A DNA stretch of 63,837 nt, filler included, from Reclinomonas americana ATCC 50394 (Eukaryota): NCBI GenBank assembly GCA_048213135.1. It is 8 parts of 2 records of this genome, joined end to end, with 100 filler letters (N's around TTAATTAATTAA, not from the genome) between each part and the next. Parts side by side here need not be neighbours in the genome. Positions count along the whole stretch, not along the records: positions 1 to 12,068 come from PS015088.1; 7 more parts are not named here. One strand, given 5' to 3'. Position 1 is the first letter of the stretch. The number at the start of each line of letters is the position of its first letter. Below, piece by piece: positions 1 to 12,168 of this stretch. Made by a program: the position numbers and the translations under genes. The notes under the pieces are model-generated. The model saw only the letters and a program-made list of their open reading frames with translations. It did no database searches and was not told where the DNA came from.

Positions 1-141
1 TCTCCCTCTCCCTCTCCCTCTCCCTCTCCCTCTCCCTCTCCCTCTCCCTCTCCCTCTCCCTCTCCCTCTCCCTCTCCCCCTCCCCCTCCCTCTCCCCTCT
101 CCCTCTCATTCCCTTCCCTTCCCTCCCCCCACCGACAACAG

Positions 142-2120
142 ATGGGCCAACACCAAACCATTGAGCTGGCGGTGCGCTCCGAGTTCTTCCTCGACAAGGA
201 CGAGTGGGATCTGATTCATCGCGAGCGCCTGCGCGACGCGTGCGATGTGACCAAGAGCGCCGAGACGGCGGCGGTGGTAATGACCGAGGGCGTGGCCAAT
301 GTGTGGCTCATCACGCAGCACCTGACGGTGCTGCGAGCGCACATTGAGCACGACATTCCGCGCAAGCGACGATCCGATCGCAAGTCGCTGGATCGCGCCA
401 TGCAGCACTTTTTCGACCTGGTCGTCAAGGCCATGCGGACGCACATTAATTTTGCCGTCATCAAAGCGCTCCTCATTGCCTCCCCGGGCTTCACCAACGA
501 GGAGTTTGTGGCGTTTCTGCGGGCGGAGGCGTTGCGGCACGACTGGAAGGATGTGATGGCGAGCGACAGCAAGATTATGTTGTGCAAGTCTACCAGTGCG
601 CATCGTGGGGCGTTGAATCAGGTGTGGGAAAGGGAAAGGGGGTGGAGGGGGGAAGGAGGGGAGAGGGGAATGCAAGTGGCAGATCTTTTGTGTGCGTGTC
701 GCCGTGTGTGCCATTGTTGGTGTGCGGGATGTGTCTCTTCTGTTGGAGCAGGAGCTTGGACGAGTTTTCATTCGTCTTCTCGTTCCCTCCCTTCTCAGTT
801 TCTTGTTCACCTGCTGTCTCCTATTCTTGTTCGTGTTCGTGTTCTTGCTGTTGTTGTGTCTTTGTACTGTAGTCCTTCCTGTTTATTCTTGTTCTCTACT
901 CCACTTCATTTTCTTGGGTTTCGCTTCTACCGTCTCCTCGTCCTTGCGCTTCGTTTGGATTTGGTTTGCCCTCCGTTTCGTCGTCTATCATGTCCGTCTT
1001 CATCGTTCGCTCTCTGTTCCTTCTCCCGCTCCTTCGTAGTTTTTTCTTGTTTTGTGCTCGTTTTCTTCTCCCTATTTGGTCTTGTTTGTCTTCATTTCCT
1101 GTTGCGCTTCTTGGTTTTGTCTCCTCCTTCTTCCTCCTCCTCCTCCTCCTCCTTGTTCTCCTTCAAATTGAAGAGGAGTAAGAAACAAGAGAAAGATTGA
1201 GAGCGAGAGAAGGAGACAAATTAGGTGGACATTGCGGCGGAGTGAGAAAGACACAAGAACTTGTTCTTGCTTGCTCTTTCTTCTGTTATTGTTCATCTTC
1301 CTCCTCCTCCTTCTGCTTCCTTTCTGTTGTATCGCCTCACCTCCACTCCCTTCCCCCTCCTCGCAGATCCTCACCGACCCCAGCGTGGTGAGCCGCCTGA
1401 GCGACGTCAAGGCCTCGCGTGAGGTCGCCGTCCTCCACCACTTTTTCGACCTCATGGCCGCCGACCCGGAACGCGCGCTGTATGGACCCCGGCACTGCTA
1501 CATGGCCAACGAGCGTGGTGCAGTGGAGACGCTCATGTTGACTGACGATTTGTTCCGGTGAGTGATAGGTCTACGTCCCCTCGTGCGTGCATGAGTGACT
1601 CACCTGTCTTTCCACTCTGCCAGTTCCTCCGACCTGCTGGTGCGCAGGCAGTTCGTGGCGCTGGTGGAGTCTGCGCGCGAGTCGGGCGCCGAAGTGCTGC
1701 TGTTCTCGCGGATGCATCCGTCTGGCGAACGTTGCGGGGCTTGTCTCGTTATTGCACGTAGCTCCTCTCCCCTAACTTTCTTTCCTTGCAGAGCTCGCGC
1801 AACTGACGGGCATTGCGTGCATCACCCGCTACCCGTGCCGCTCAATCGCCGAGGACGAAGAAATCCCCACGGCAGCCGCACGTGAGTTTGGCCTGCTGCT
1901 CGGTCGCACCAACAGTGCACCGGTGCAGGACCCGGAGGGCAACGAGGACGAGTGGGAGGAGGATCCGTCGTCGGATGAGGAGGACATGGGCGAGGAGGAC
2001 GTGGCAGAGGGAGGTGGCGGCGGTGGTGACATGGAAGATATGCAAGTGGGAGCGGGACCGGGATGGGGAGGCAGGGGCGGTGGTGGTGGTGGTGGTGGTG
2101 GTGCGAGTGGGTCGCGATAG
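142..2120 (+). CDS. PELO: Pelota/Dom34 (eRF1-family ribosome rescue factor), 5'-partial; exons 142-621, 1367-1557, 1624-1730, 1792-2120
   Basis: Spliced translation gives pelota motifs MGQHQTIEL, AAVVMTEG, IPRKR, LIASPGF, RALYGPRH, AVETLMLTDDLFR and HPSGEQLAQLTGIACITRYP. GT-AG introns are phase-compatible. Exon 142 follows a polypyrimidine tract and AG, so earlier exons lie outside the window. There is an acidic/Gly-rich C-terminal extension. Confidence 0.93.
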
Positions 2121-3225
2121 GAGGTGATGATGATGAGGAATGAAGAGGGTGATGCGAGGCGACGAGGTACAGAGGATAGCTAAGCTTCTCGCCAAGAGGT
2201 GCCGATGGGGAGCAGGGGCAAGCTTACTCGCTCTCGAAGCGATCAAGTGATGGTGGATGAAGAAAGAACAGAGTGATTTGAAGCGACGAGGTATGGAGGA
2301 CGGAGAAGCAAACGAACAGGCCGATCAGCTCTCCGCCGAGAAGAGGCAAGCTTATCGTTGAGGAATGAAAAGAGTGACGTGAGGAGACGAGGAGGAGGCT
2401 TGTGAGACGCACAAAAGAAGGTGGCAATGGCATCGAGCTTCCCTCCAACAAGTACCGATGGAGAGAAGAAGCCAGCTTTCCCGCTCGTGAAATCAGCTCT
2501 CCTGAAGCGATCATGTGGTGGTTGTTGAGGAACGAAAGAGTGACGAGGAGAAGAGGAGGAGGCTTCTGAGAAGCACAATGGCATCGAAGCAAAAAGGACA
2601 GCCAGGTCAGCTTCCCTCCAAGAAGTACCGATGGAGAGAAGAGGCCAGCTCTCTCGCCTGTGCAATCAACTCTCCCGAAGCAAACAACTAGTGGAGACTG
2701 CAGACATGACTGCCAGCGAGATCAAGCTCTCGCAGCGGCTTGCCATCACCGGGAGCAGAGATCAGCTCCCACGATGCGCCAAACCAACTGCAGAGAAAAC
2801 AAAGCTGGCACTCCCCAGAAGATGAGTGAAAGAGGAAAGCGGAAGGGGGCGGGGAACAGGAATGGAATGAGAACAAGGCCGGAGGTCGATGGTTTGCAGT
2901 GTCCAGTTGGAGAACTCTCCGCAACATTAGAAAAGAGCATCCGAGTCCCCTTTTCTCTTGCATCTCACACCGTTTCTCGAGCTCGTTNNNNNNNNNNNNN
3001 NNNNNNNTCTTCTTCTTCTTCTCTCTCTCTCTCTCACCCTTCCTATGCATCTCACACCGTTCCTCCTTGATCTATTTCCTTTCCCTCTCATTCTTCACTC
3101 TCTCTCTCTCATCTCCTCGCCATCCCTCACGTCTCACACACTTCATCGTTGACCCTCTTCTCCCTCCCTCCCTCCCTTCCATGTCCGACGACTCCTCCAA
3201 CAAACTCATGACCACCTTCACATCA

Positions 3226-3604
3226 TCAAAGCACAGCTCCGGGAGCCGACGCAGGACCTCCCTCAGACAGCGTACCCGAGATGCCTCCCTCCATATAGTT
3301 CCCAGCACCACCAAACGAGTACGAAACCTGCGACGTCGCACAAACGTGAGAATTGTTCTCGCACTCTTTGAAAAAATAATACAACCGCGCGCGTAACGCA
3401 ACAGCTTCGCCAGCTGCCGGCTTGATGCCCTGCGCCTCCAGCTCAGCCGTGGTCACCTCCTGCTGGAAGTCCACAGAACACCATTGCGCAATGCCGCCGT
3501 CCGCCGTGCCCGTGATCGTCCACTGCGCACAAAGAAACACAGTGAGTGAGTGAGTGAGTGAAAGAGAGAAGAGTGAGAGAGAGCGCACGTACCTCCTGCG
3601 ACAT
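3226..3604 (-). CDS. Small hypothetical protein (~103 aa); exons 3604-3593 and 3522-3226
   Basis: ATG TCG CAG GAG|gtacgt...gcgcag|TGG ACG ATC, with a clean intron and a globular-looking sequence (WTITGTADGG...LYYFFKECENNSHVCATSQ). Confidence 0.5.
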
Positions 3605-3722
3605 TGCAAGCTCTCTCGTTCACAAAAGGAATCAATGCGTCCCGCGGTCCCCGGCCGTGATTGTCAGTCGGTCACTTTCCCGCCACGTGCGCGCACATGA
3701 CTCCATCGTCTTTGCGCCTTTC

Positions 3723-5247
3723 ATGATGGTTGACGACATTGACTGTGGCGGTGACGATGTGGTGTCCACTGTGATCGCGTCCTCTACTACGGATGAGGAC
3801 GACTGCGTTGTCGAGTGGCGTGACATTCCACCAGCACCTCGTGTGGGCATCTTGTGTGATAAGAGGAGAGGAGCTGGCGTGGGCAATGTAGACGAGGAAG
3901 AGCACGAGGAGGAGGAGGAGGAGGAGGGAAAGGAGAATGCGAACCGCAACGGTGAGTGGACTATGTTGGTTGCTCGCCCGTTTCCCGCAACGTCAGAATT
4001 GGCCCAAGTGACTGTGGTGTCGCTTCAAGTGGGCAAAAAGCGCGCGTATTCTGTTCTTTCGTGCTCTCTCTTGCGCACGCACCACCCCACCCCACTTTTC
4101 TCTCTCTCTCTCTCTCTCTCTGTCGTTCTCAATGTCTGCTGCTGCTGGCGCTGCTTCTGCTGCTGCTTCTGCTCCTGCTCCTGCTCACGGGGTGAGTTGA
4201 AGTTGCTCATCAAAGTGTGTGTCTATGTGTGCGTGCACAGCAGGGCGTATGCGTCTGAGTGTGCGCTTCGATGATGCGTGTGCGAGTGATTGTGCTCGTG
4301 ACTTGAAAAGCAAGATCCGAGTCGCGCGAAGCAACCGCTCGCCAAGTAGCTTGTTGCTGCATCTGTTTGTGCGAGAGCAGCCGAGTCATCCTGTGTACAT
4401 GGACGTGTTGCGAAAGGCGATGGCCAAGTACAGGAACTTACGACCGTTGTGGCCGCAGGCGGATTCCGTAATGGAGGTGGATTCGCCGAGTGCAGCGGTT
4501 TGCGTGACTTCTCCCGCCTCTCCTCTCTCTCTCTCTCTCTCTCTTTATGCGCATGCTGTCAGTGATCTTATTATGTATGGTGAGCGCAGTTCCAGCCTCT
4601 GTCTCGCTCGCTCGAAAACCTTCTCAGCGCGGCAAAGTCCAGCCAGTCGCAGTCGGTTCACCTGAGTGCCGCCGACCTCAATGACCTGCTCAGCACGCTG
4701 CGAACTGCGAAGGCACAGGTGTAGAAGAAGAGTGGGGCTGTGCGCGCTGTCGGGCACTTGTTAACTGTACATGGTGCAGACGGAGCACGCACGTCGCGAG
4801 TCGGACTCCAACGCGCGTGACAAGCGCGAGAAGGCGGAGGCTCTGGAACGAGAGCTGTCGGCGGAGCGCAAGCGTGCCGAGGCGATCGAGGAGGAGCGCA
4901 AACGTGCCGTCGAGGCGATAGAGGAGCAACGCAAGCGTGCTGAGGCGATGGACGAGGAACGCAAGCGTGCCGTCGAGGCGTCGGAAGAAGAACGCAAGCA
5001 AGCCGTCGAGGCAATTGAGGAGGAACGCAAGCGTGCCGCTCAGGCTGTTGCCGAGCTCGAGTCAGCGCGCAAGAAAAAAGCCAAGGCTAAGAGGGCACTC
5101 GAGCGGGAGCGTGAGCTCTCCCGCAAGCTGACGGCCGCTCTTCTCCTGGATCGCCGCTCGTTGCGTTGCCCTCGCACACTGAACTGCAGTCGACGAATAT
5201 CACTCGCTTACTTTGTGTGTGAGAACACACAGTGCACGTGGCGATGA
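3723..5247 (+). CDS. Hypothetical multi-exon protein with C-terminal coiled coil (~11-aa AIEEERKRAVE repeats)
   Basis: Acidic N-terminal segment, coding-like segments at ~4243-4497 and ~4590-4718, and a strongly coding coiled-coil exon from ~4780. The exon structure is uncertain. Confidence 0.45.
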
Positions 5248-5476
5248 TCGTTGCGACTCCGAAGCAGACGACGAGCCGCCACGCAAGCGTCGCAAGACCA
5301 ACCAGTGAGGCCCGCGAGAGACGAACAGAAAAGCAAAATGCAGTGTGCTATTCGACCGTCAGACTGCATTAGTAGAGCGTTTCCGCTATTAGAAACAACG
5401 GGAGAAACATCTGCGAAGCACCAAAGCAACGAAGGACCGACGTTCGGAGTTCACAAACTTTAATCATTGATCGATC

Positions 5477-6259
<783 letters not shown>

Positions 6260-8048
6260 AGCAAGGAGGTGCTTTTCTGCAAGGTGTTGATGTGCCTCGA
6301 GGATTCTCTTGCTCGTGCACGCGGAGGGGAAGTGTGCTGACATCACCCGCCATTCCCTCTTTCGTTCGCTCTCTTTTCCCCCTCTCGCTCTTCTCCTCCT
6401 CGTTCTCGTGCTCCTTCTTTATGTTACTCGTGACTCACGGTGCTCATTGGTGTCTCTCTCAGTGCCGGCCAATCTTAGCTGGCACTCTCCGCACTCTCTG
6501 CATGATCATCTGTCGTTGTATTTGCCTCGTGGATTCTCCCGTTGATGGCAGCAGACTTGGTTGACTTTTGCTGATCGTCGTTTTTTCTCTCTCTCACTGC
6601 GCTGGCCCTTCAATGCCTGCACTGTCCTCACTCTCTGCAAGGTGTTGGAATATGCAGCGAGCTGCCTGCGTTGCTTCTTTCCTCCTTGATCGTGCACTCT
6701 CGTTCGTTGCTAACTCAAATTTTTCGTTGTGCTCTCTCCCTCCCCTTGTTCTCTGACTGCCCGGGGCGAATCGCAGTTCGATTTTGCGAAGCTCCGATCT
6801 CGAGAGCAAACAGACCGACACAGAATAGCCGTAAGCGACCGTCAAGACAAGTCTTCCAAATAGCGTTTGGAATTAGCCGTCATGGCCCCAGCTGTCCAAC
6901 CAGCCGTTTCCGAATTCGAAAACGGTAAAAAGGCAAAAGAAAACGCACTGGTCACGGGCAAAGGGCAGAGAGCCTGGGTGATTGCCGCCTGGTGCATGAT
7001 AGCAAGACGACCAGGACGCGAGGAGATCAACGTTGGCCAGCAAAAAAACGCCGCAATTGCCGGTAAACCAACCAATTCAATTGCAATATTTCGTTCGAAT
7101 TCATTCCACAAGACCACCGAGACAACCTCAACCAACAGCACCCTCAAAAGACACTGCTCTTCCAGTGGCGGAATCACAGCGCGCTTTTCCGCTTGCAATA
7201 TTTTCCAAAACCAACGACCACCGAAGAGGGACAACGCTCGCGCGAGCACTCTTCTTCCTCACGCACTGTGTGTCGCCCTTTGCGCGCGTGTGTGTGTGAG
7301 AGAGAAGAGTGTGCGTGTGAGACACAATGAGTCGCACTGCTGCGCCCAAACTTCAAGAGTCGGCCGACATTTATGTGAACGAGTTTGACATTTACGCGAA
7401 TGTGTCGTCTTCGTCGCCAACGAATGCAAGTTGTGTGCAAAGACGCACACTCACACGCTCACACACACAGAGAGAAAGAGAGAGCAGTGAGAGAGTGTGT
7501 GTGTGGGGAAATGCATGGGACAGCGAGTTGCATTTCGCGTGGCGAGAGTTGTGCAGAGACGTGACCAGTGAGCGTGTGTGTGAGAGAGGCAGAGGCAGAG
7601 ATGAGGCAGAGAAAGTGTGCCACTAATCAATCAATAACAACGATTTCTTCGATTTTTTCCGCTCATTCTTCGATGTCTCTCTCTCCCTCAGAATCCGCCT
7701 CCAAACCAGTCGCCGCTGCGCAGTTGCGTTTCTCAGTGTGGACTCATTATTTTCTGCGCAATGTGTATGCTCTCTCTCATAGTCTTCTGTGCTTTGACTT
7801 GCGTTCTCATGCATCCGGTTTCAATCAAGTTTCTTTTGAAGTGTTGTTCTCCTGCGCGTCATGTTCTCCTTCCATGCAGTCTCGTTCTCTCTCTGCCACT
7901 CATTGTCTCTTTATTCTCCATCTCTCTCTCTCTCACTTCAAGTTTCTATCAAGTTTCCTTGAAGTGTTGTTGCTCTGCTTCTCATGCGCGTCGTGCTCTC
8001 CTTTGTCAGTCTCTTTCTCGCTTTCTTTGTCTCCTTTCTTCTCCAATG

Positions 8049-8085
<37 letters not shown>

Positions 8086-8644
8086 NNNNNNNNNNNNNNN
8101 NNNNNNNNNNNNNNNNNNNNNNNNNNNNNNNNNNNNNNNNNNNNNNNNNNNNNNNNNNNNNNNNNNNNNNNNNNNNNNNNNNNNNNNNNNNNNNNNNNNN
8201 NNNNNNNNNNNNNNNNNNNNNNNNNNNNNNNNNNNNNNNNNNNNNNNNNNNNNNNNNNNNNNNNNNNNNNNNNNNNNNNNNNNNNNNNNNNNNNNNNNNN
8301 NNNNNNNNNNNNNNNNNNNNNNNNNNNNNNNNNNNNNNNNNNNNNNNNNNNNNNNNNNNNNNNNNNNNNNNNNNNNNNNNNNNNNNNNNNNNNNNNNNNN
8401 NNNNNNNNNNNNNNNNNNNNNNNNNNNNNNNNNNNNNNNNNNNNNNNNNNNNNNNNNNNNNNNNNNNNNNNNNNNNNNNNNNNNNNNNNNNNNNNNNNNN
8501 NNNNNNNNNNNNNNNNNNNNNNNNNNNNNNNNNNNNNNNNNNNNNNNNNNNNNNNNNNNNNNNNNNNNNNNNNNNNNNNNNNNNNNNNNNNNNNNNNNNN
8601 NNNNNNNNNNNNNNNNNNNNNNNNNNNNNNNNNNNNNNNNNNNN

Positions 8645-9264
8645 CAGCGATGACGGCGAGTGGCGTGGGCGCTGGCGGTGGGGCGAGTAGCAGCAGCGGC
8701 AATGCAGGCGGCACGTGGCGAGTGTTGGGCGGCCACATCGACGACGGCACTGGCGGGGCGACGGCGGAACACCGTCGGCGCGCGAGTATCGACGATATTG
8801 TGGGAGACTTGGTGCGCAGTCAAGGCGACGACGAGGGCGATGGCGACGGCGAGGCGGAAGACGACGACGAGGAAGACGTGGTGGTGCGACCGGTCACGCT
8901 GCGACCGCTGAACGGCAAGGAGGTGCTGAGTCTCGACGTACGCAACCGGCTGTTGTTGCTGGCCGCCGGGCGCGAGACGCAGCTGTATGACCAGAGCAGT
9001 GGCGAGTGGAGCACCGACGAGGCCTCGAAAGACGACCGTGTGCCGGTGACTGGCGCCGTGTTTGTGCGCCACCTGACGGCGAGCATCGTCGGCAACCACG
9101 TGCGCGTGTGCGATCCGCGCCTGCGCATGAAGTGCGTGGTGGATGTGGTACCGCTGAGTCTGGAGCGCGATCGGCTGTGCGCCATTTGGGCGCCGCCCGG
9201 CGGTAATCAGCTGGCCGTGGCCTCGGAGAACGGAATCGTGTTTATCATGCAGCTGGAGGTGTAA
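8645..9264 (+). CDS. 3' exon of hypothetical protein, possibly a degenerate beta-propeller C-terminus; possible first exon at ~7327-7428
   Basis: Open, GC3-rich frame after a gap, ending LAVASENGIVFIMQLEV*, which resembles a terminal WD40-like blade. Confidence 0.5.
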
Positions 9265-9323
9265 AATGTAAGAAAGATAAGGCTTGTTGGCTGACGATTT
9301 TTTTCACTCTCTTTCTCTCGCTC

Positions 9324-10565
9324 TCACTGCGGCGCGGCCGTAATCGCAATGCTAATGGTCTGGCCGGCGGTGCTGGCCGGATTCGTGTGCACCACTTGCA
9401 ACACGTTGGTGTCGGCGGCGGTGACCGAGCAGGTGCCGAGGGTGGAGTCGCTCACCGTGCACGTGAAGCCGTGTGGGTAGTACACCGAGCGGTTGAGGTA
9501 GATGACGGTGGGTTGCGCGCTCACCGACTGTGGGGGGTGGAACAGAGGGGAAGGGAAGGGGGTGAGGGGGGAAGGGGGAGGAAGGGGGAAGGGGGAAGGG
9601 AGAAGAGGGGAAGGGAATAGGTGAGGGTGTGAGGAGAGAGAGGAGGAAAGGGAGGCAGGAGGGAGGGTGGGAAGGAGAAGTGAGAGAAAGAGAGAAAGAG
9701 GGAAGAGGGAAGAGGGAAGAGAGAGGACAGGACGAAAGAGGGAGAATGAACCATGAGTGAAAGAGACGGCATGTGCATTGGACTGGCGAACGAGAGAAGC
9801 AACGACACCGTCACATGAACAGCAAGAACGGCACAGAGGTGCATGTTAGTGTGCAGCAATGAATGCGCGGCAGAGAAAAGATTTGTGGAGGGAGACCGGA
9901 GAATCGCAGTGCAGAAAACAAAAAGCGGTGTACGCTCACAACACTCACCGCATCAATCGTGTACGAGAGGTTAAAGGCCGCCGTGCGATAATCAAACGAC
10001 ATTTTGGCGTTGCGCCCGGCAATCGCTTGTGCATACGTGCGCGACAAGGCGGCCACCTTGTTCGTCTCCAACTGGCCATTGACGTCCCACAGAGACTCGC
10101 CTTGCGCTGTGCACGAGAAAACATGAGACAACGTGCAGGATGGACGCTGCACGGGAGGAGACGCACGAGGGTGATTCTGGGTCTGTACGTCAAGAAACGA
10201 GGGTGTCAGCGGTGGTAAAGCAAGGAGCAGTGAGCAGGGCGGAACGCAACCGTGTAGTCGAGGTAGTACTTGTACTGCCAGTCTGCGAGCAAACATGAGT
10301 GCGCAACAGAATTCAAGACGGCAAGCACATCGCTTACGCACAAGTCCACGACTGCAGATAGTTGTCCGCGTAGCCGAGGAAGTCGTGAATCGAGTTGATG
10401 CCGTCGGTGGAGTTGCTCTCGGCTCCCCATTCAGTCATGAACAGGCCATTCTGCAGGCGCTTGCCTTCAGTGACGTGCACGCTGATCCACTCGGTCTCCT
10501 CCTTGTCGCAGAACCACAGCCACTTCGGGTTGCCGTCGTCTTGCACCAGTGGGCAGTACACGTGG
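9324..10565 (-). CDS. GH5 endoglycoceramidase-like glycoside hydrolase, 3' part; exons 10565-10342, 10282-10251, 10182-10167, 10106-9949, 9527-9324
   Basis: HVYC, LFMTEWG (GH5 nucleophile motif), LQSWTYWQYK and LSRTYAQAIAG, followed by a C-terminal beta-sandwich (F.L.Y...PTVIYL...YYPHGF). All introns are GT-AG and phase-compatible. 5' exons were not found before the linker at 12069. Confidence 0.82.
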
Positions 10566-10595
10566 CTGGAGGGGGGAGAAGGGGGAAGAGGATGG

Positions 10596-10878
10596 GAGAA
10601 GAGGATGGGAGGAGAGGATGGGGGAGAGGATGGGGGAGAGGATGGGGGAGAGGATGGGGGAGAGGATGGGGGAGAGGATGGGGGAGAGGATGGGGGAGAG
10701 GATGGGGGAGAGGATGGGGGGAGAGGATGGGGGGAGAGCGAAGGGGGAAGAGCGAAGGGGGAAGAGCGAAGGGGGAAGAGCGAAGGGGGAAGAGCGAAGG
10801 GGGAAGAGCGAAGGGGGAAGAGCGAAGGGGGAAGAGCGAAGGGGGAAGAGCGAAGGGGGAAGAGCATGGGGGAAGAGC
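10596..10878. repeat. Adjacent G-rich minisatellites (12-bp GGGGAGAGGATG and 14-bp GAGCGAAGGGGGAA units) in an intron
   Basis: Directly visible tandem units; they form the pyrimidine tract on the sense (-) strand upstream of the acceptor at 10566. Confidence 0.9.
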
Positions 10879-11931
10879 ATCAGGAAAGGGCAGGGGGAAG
10901 AAAAGAAGAAAGTGCTAATATGTCTATCTCCACACACTGAGCCCATCTTCTCGCAAGTCACAGGAGGACGAGAGAGACGCGTCTCACAGAAATAACCATC
11001 GGAACATTGCCCATCTCCATCCACTCATTGCCTTCTACCCGTCATCAACGCAACAGTTTCACGTGGTGGAGACGGATTGAGGTACACGGCACCATCGGCC
11101 GCGAGTCTAGCCGGTGGAATCTCTTGTACGGTCTTTGATGTGAAGCCAAACGGAGGTGGATTCTTGGCCTGCGAGGTGTAAATATCATACAATACGATAT
11201 GAGACGATGGCAACACGCGCGCAACTTGTGGTTGACGCGTCTTGAACGACAAATCCTGGTACGCCAACAGGTCGCCACTGGTGGGTTTTGGAGACGGCAC
11301 CTGATACTCGCGCTTGGAGGACACGCCAAAAGCCGGTCGCGTGGGTGACGTGGCCGCTCGTTGTGCCTAAAGCCAGTAACATGAGCATCACCGAAAGGGA
11401 GGGAGGAATTCGCGGCTGAAGCAAACCATGGACATGCTGCTCGATCGTTGGTGATGGCCAGACGAGGCCAAGCTCGCCGTTAGATTGCCACGCGCATGAC
11501 CAGAGTCGGGGGATGTTCGCCTGGGAGATGGATTGTCGCGTCGTGCTCTGTGCCGAGAGGAGATGAGAGAGTGAAAGATTGACAAAGAATGAAGGAGCGA
11601 GGGAGAACGAGGCTCTGTCAAAGGAGAATATGACAAGAGGAAGAAGAAACAGGGAAGATCCAAACTGGAAGAGAGAGTGAGAGCAAGGGAGAAGAAAAGA
11701 AACGAAGCAGACATTATGTGAGAAGGAGACTTGTGTGGAAGGAGACACGACGCACAGGAGAAGAAGCAGGGGGAGCAAAGCAACAAGGAAACTTGACAGA
11801 TCTGGATGCAGGAGAATGGGAGACAGGGAAAGAGAGAGGAGGAGAGCTTGGAGATAAAGACAGGCGCGAGAAAAAGACTCTCTGACGTCCAGAAGAAGAA
11901 CCACAGAGGCAGAAACCGAGTTCGAAACTGG

Positions 11932-12048
<117 letters not shown>

Positions 12049-12068
12049 GAGACGAGACGACGAGACGA

Positions 12069-12168
12069 NNNNNNNNNNNNNNNNNNNNNNNNNNNNNNNN
12101 NNNNNNNNNNNNTTAATTAATTAANNNNNNNNNNNNNNNNNNNNNNNNNNNNNNNNNNNNNNNNNNNN
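12069..12168. other. Assembly linker N44-TTAATTAATTAA-N44 (also at ~32221, ~39177, ~42503, ~50962, ~54940, ~59896)
   Basis: The same 12-mer, with stops in all six frames, is centred in ~100-nt N blocks seven times. This is an artificial gap marker. Confidence 0.95.

Noticed and set aside
622-1200. Hydrophobic C-terminal extension of pelota in the 352-aa ORF
   Set aside because: Read-through into a GT-AG intron; pelota homology resumes at 1367.
1882-1928. Apparent GTGAGT...CAG intron near the pelota 3' end
   Set aside because: The frame is open without it, and removing 47 nt would shift out of the acidic tail. Alternative splicing is not excluded.
2260-2780. Degenerate ~170-bp duplication downstream of pelota
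   Set aside because: No ORF, TIR or LTR hallmarks; looks like a local tandem duplication.
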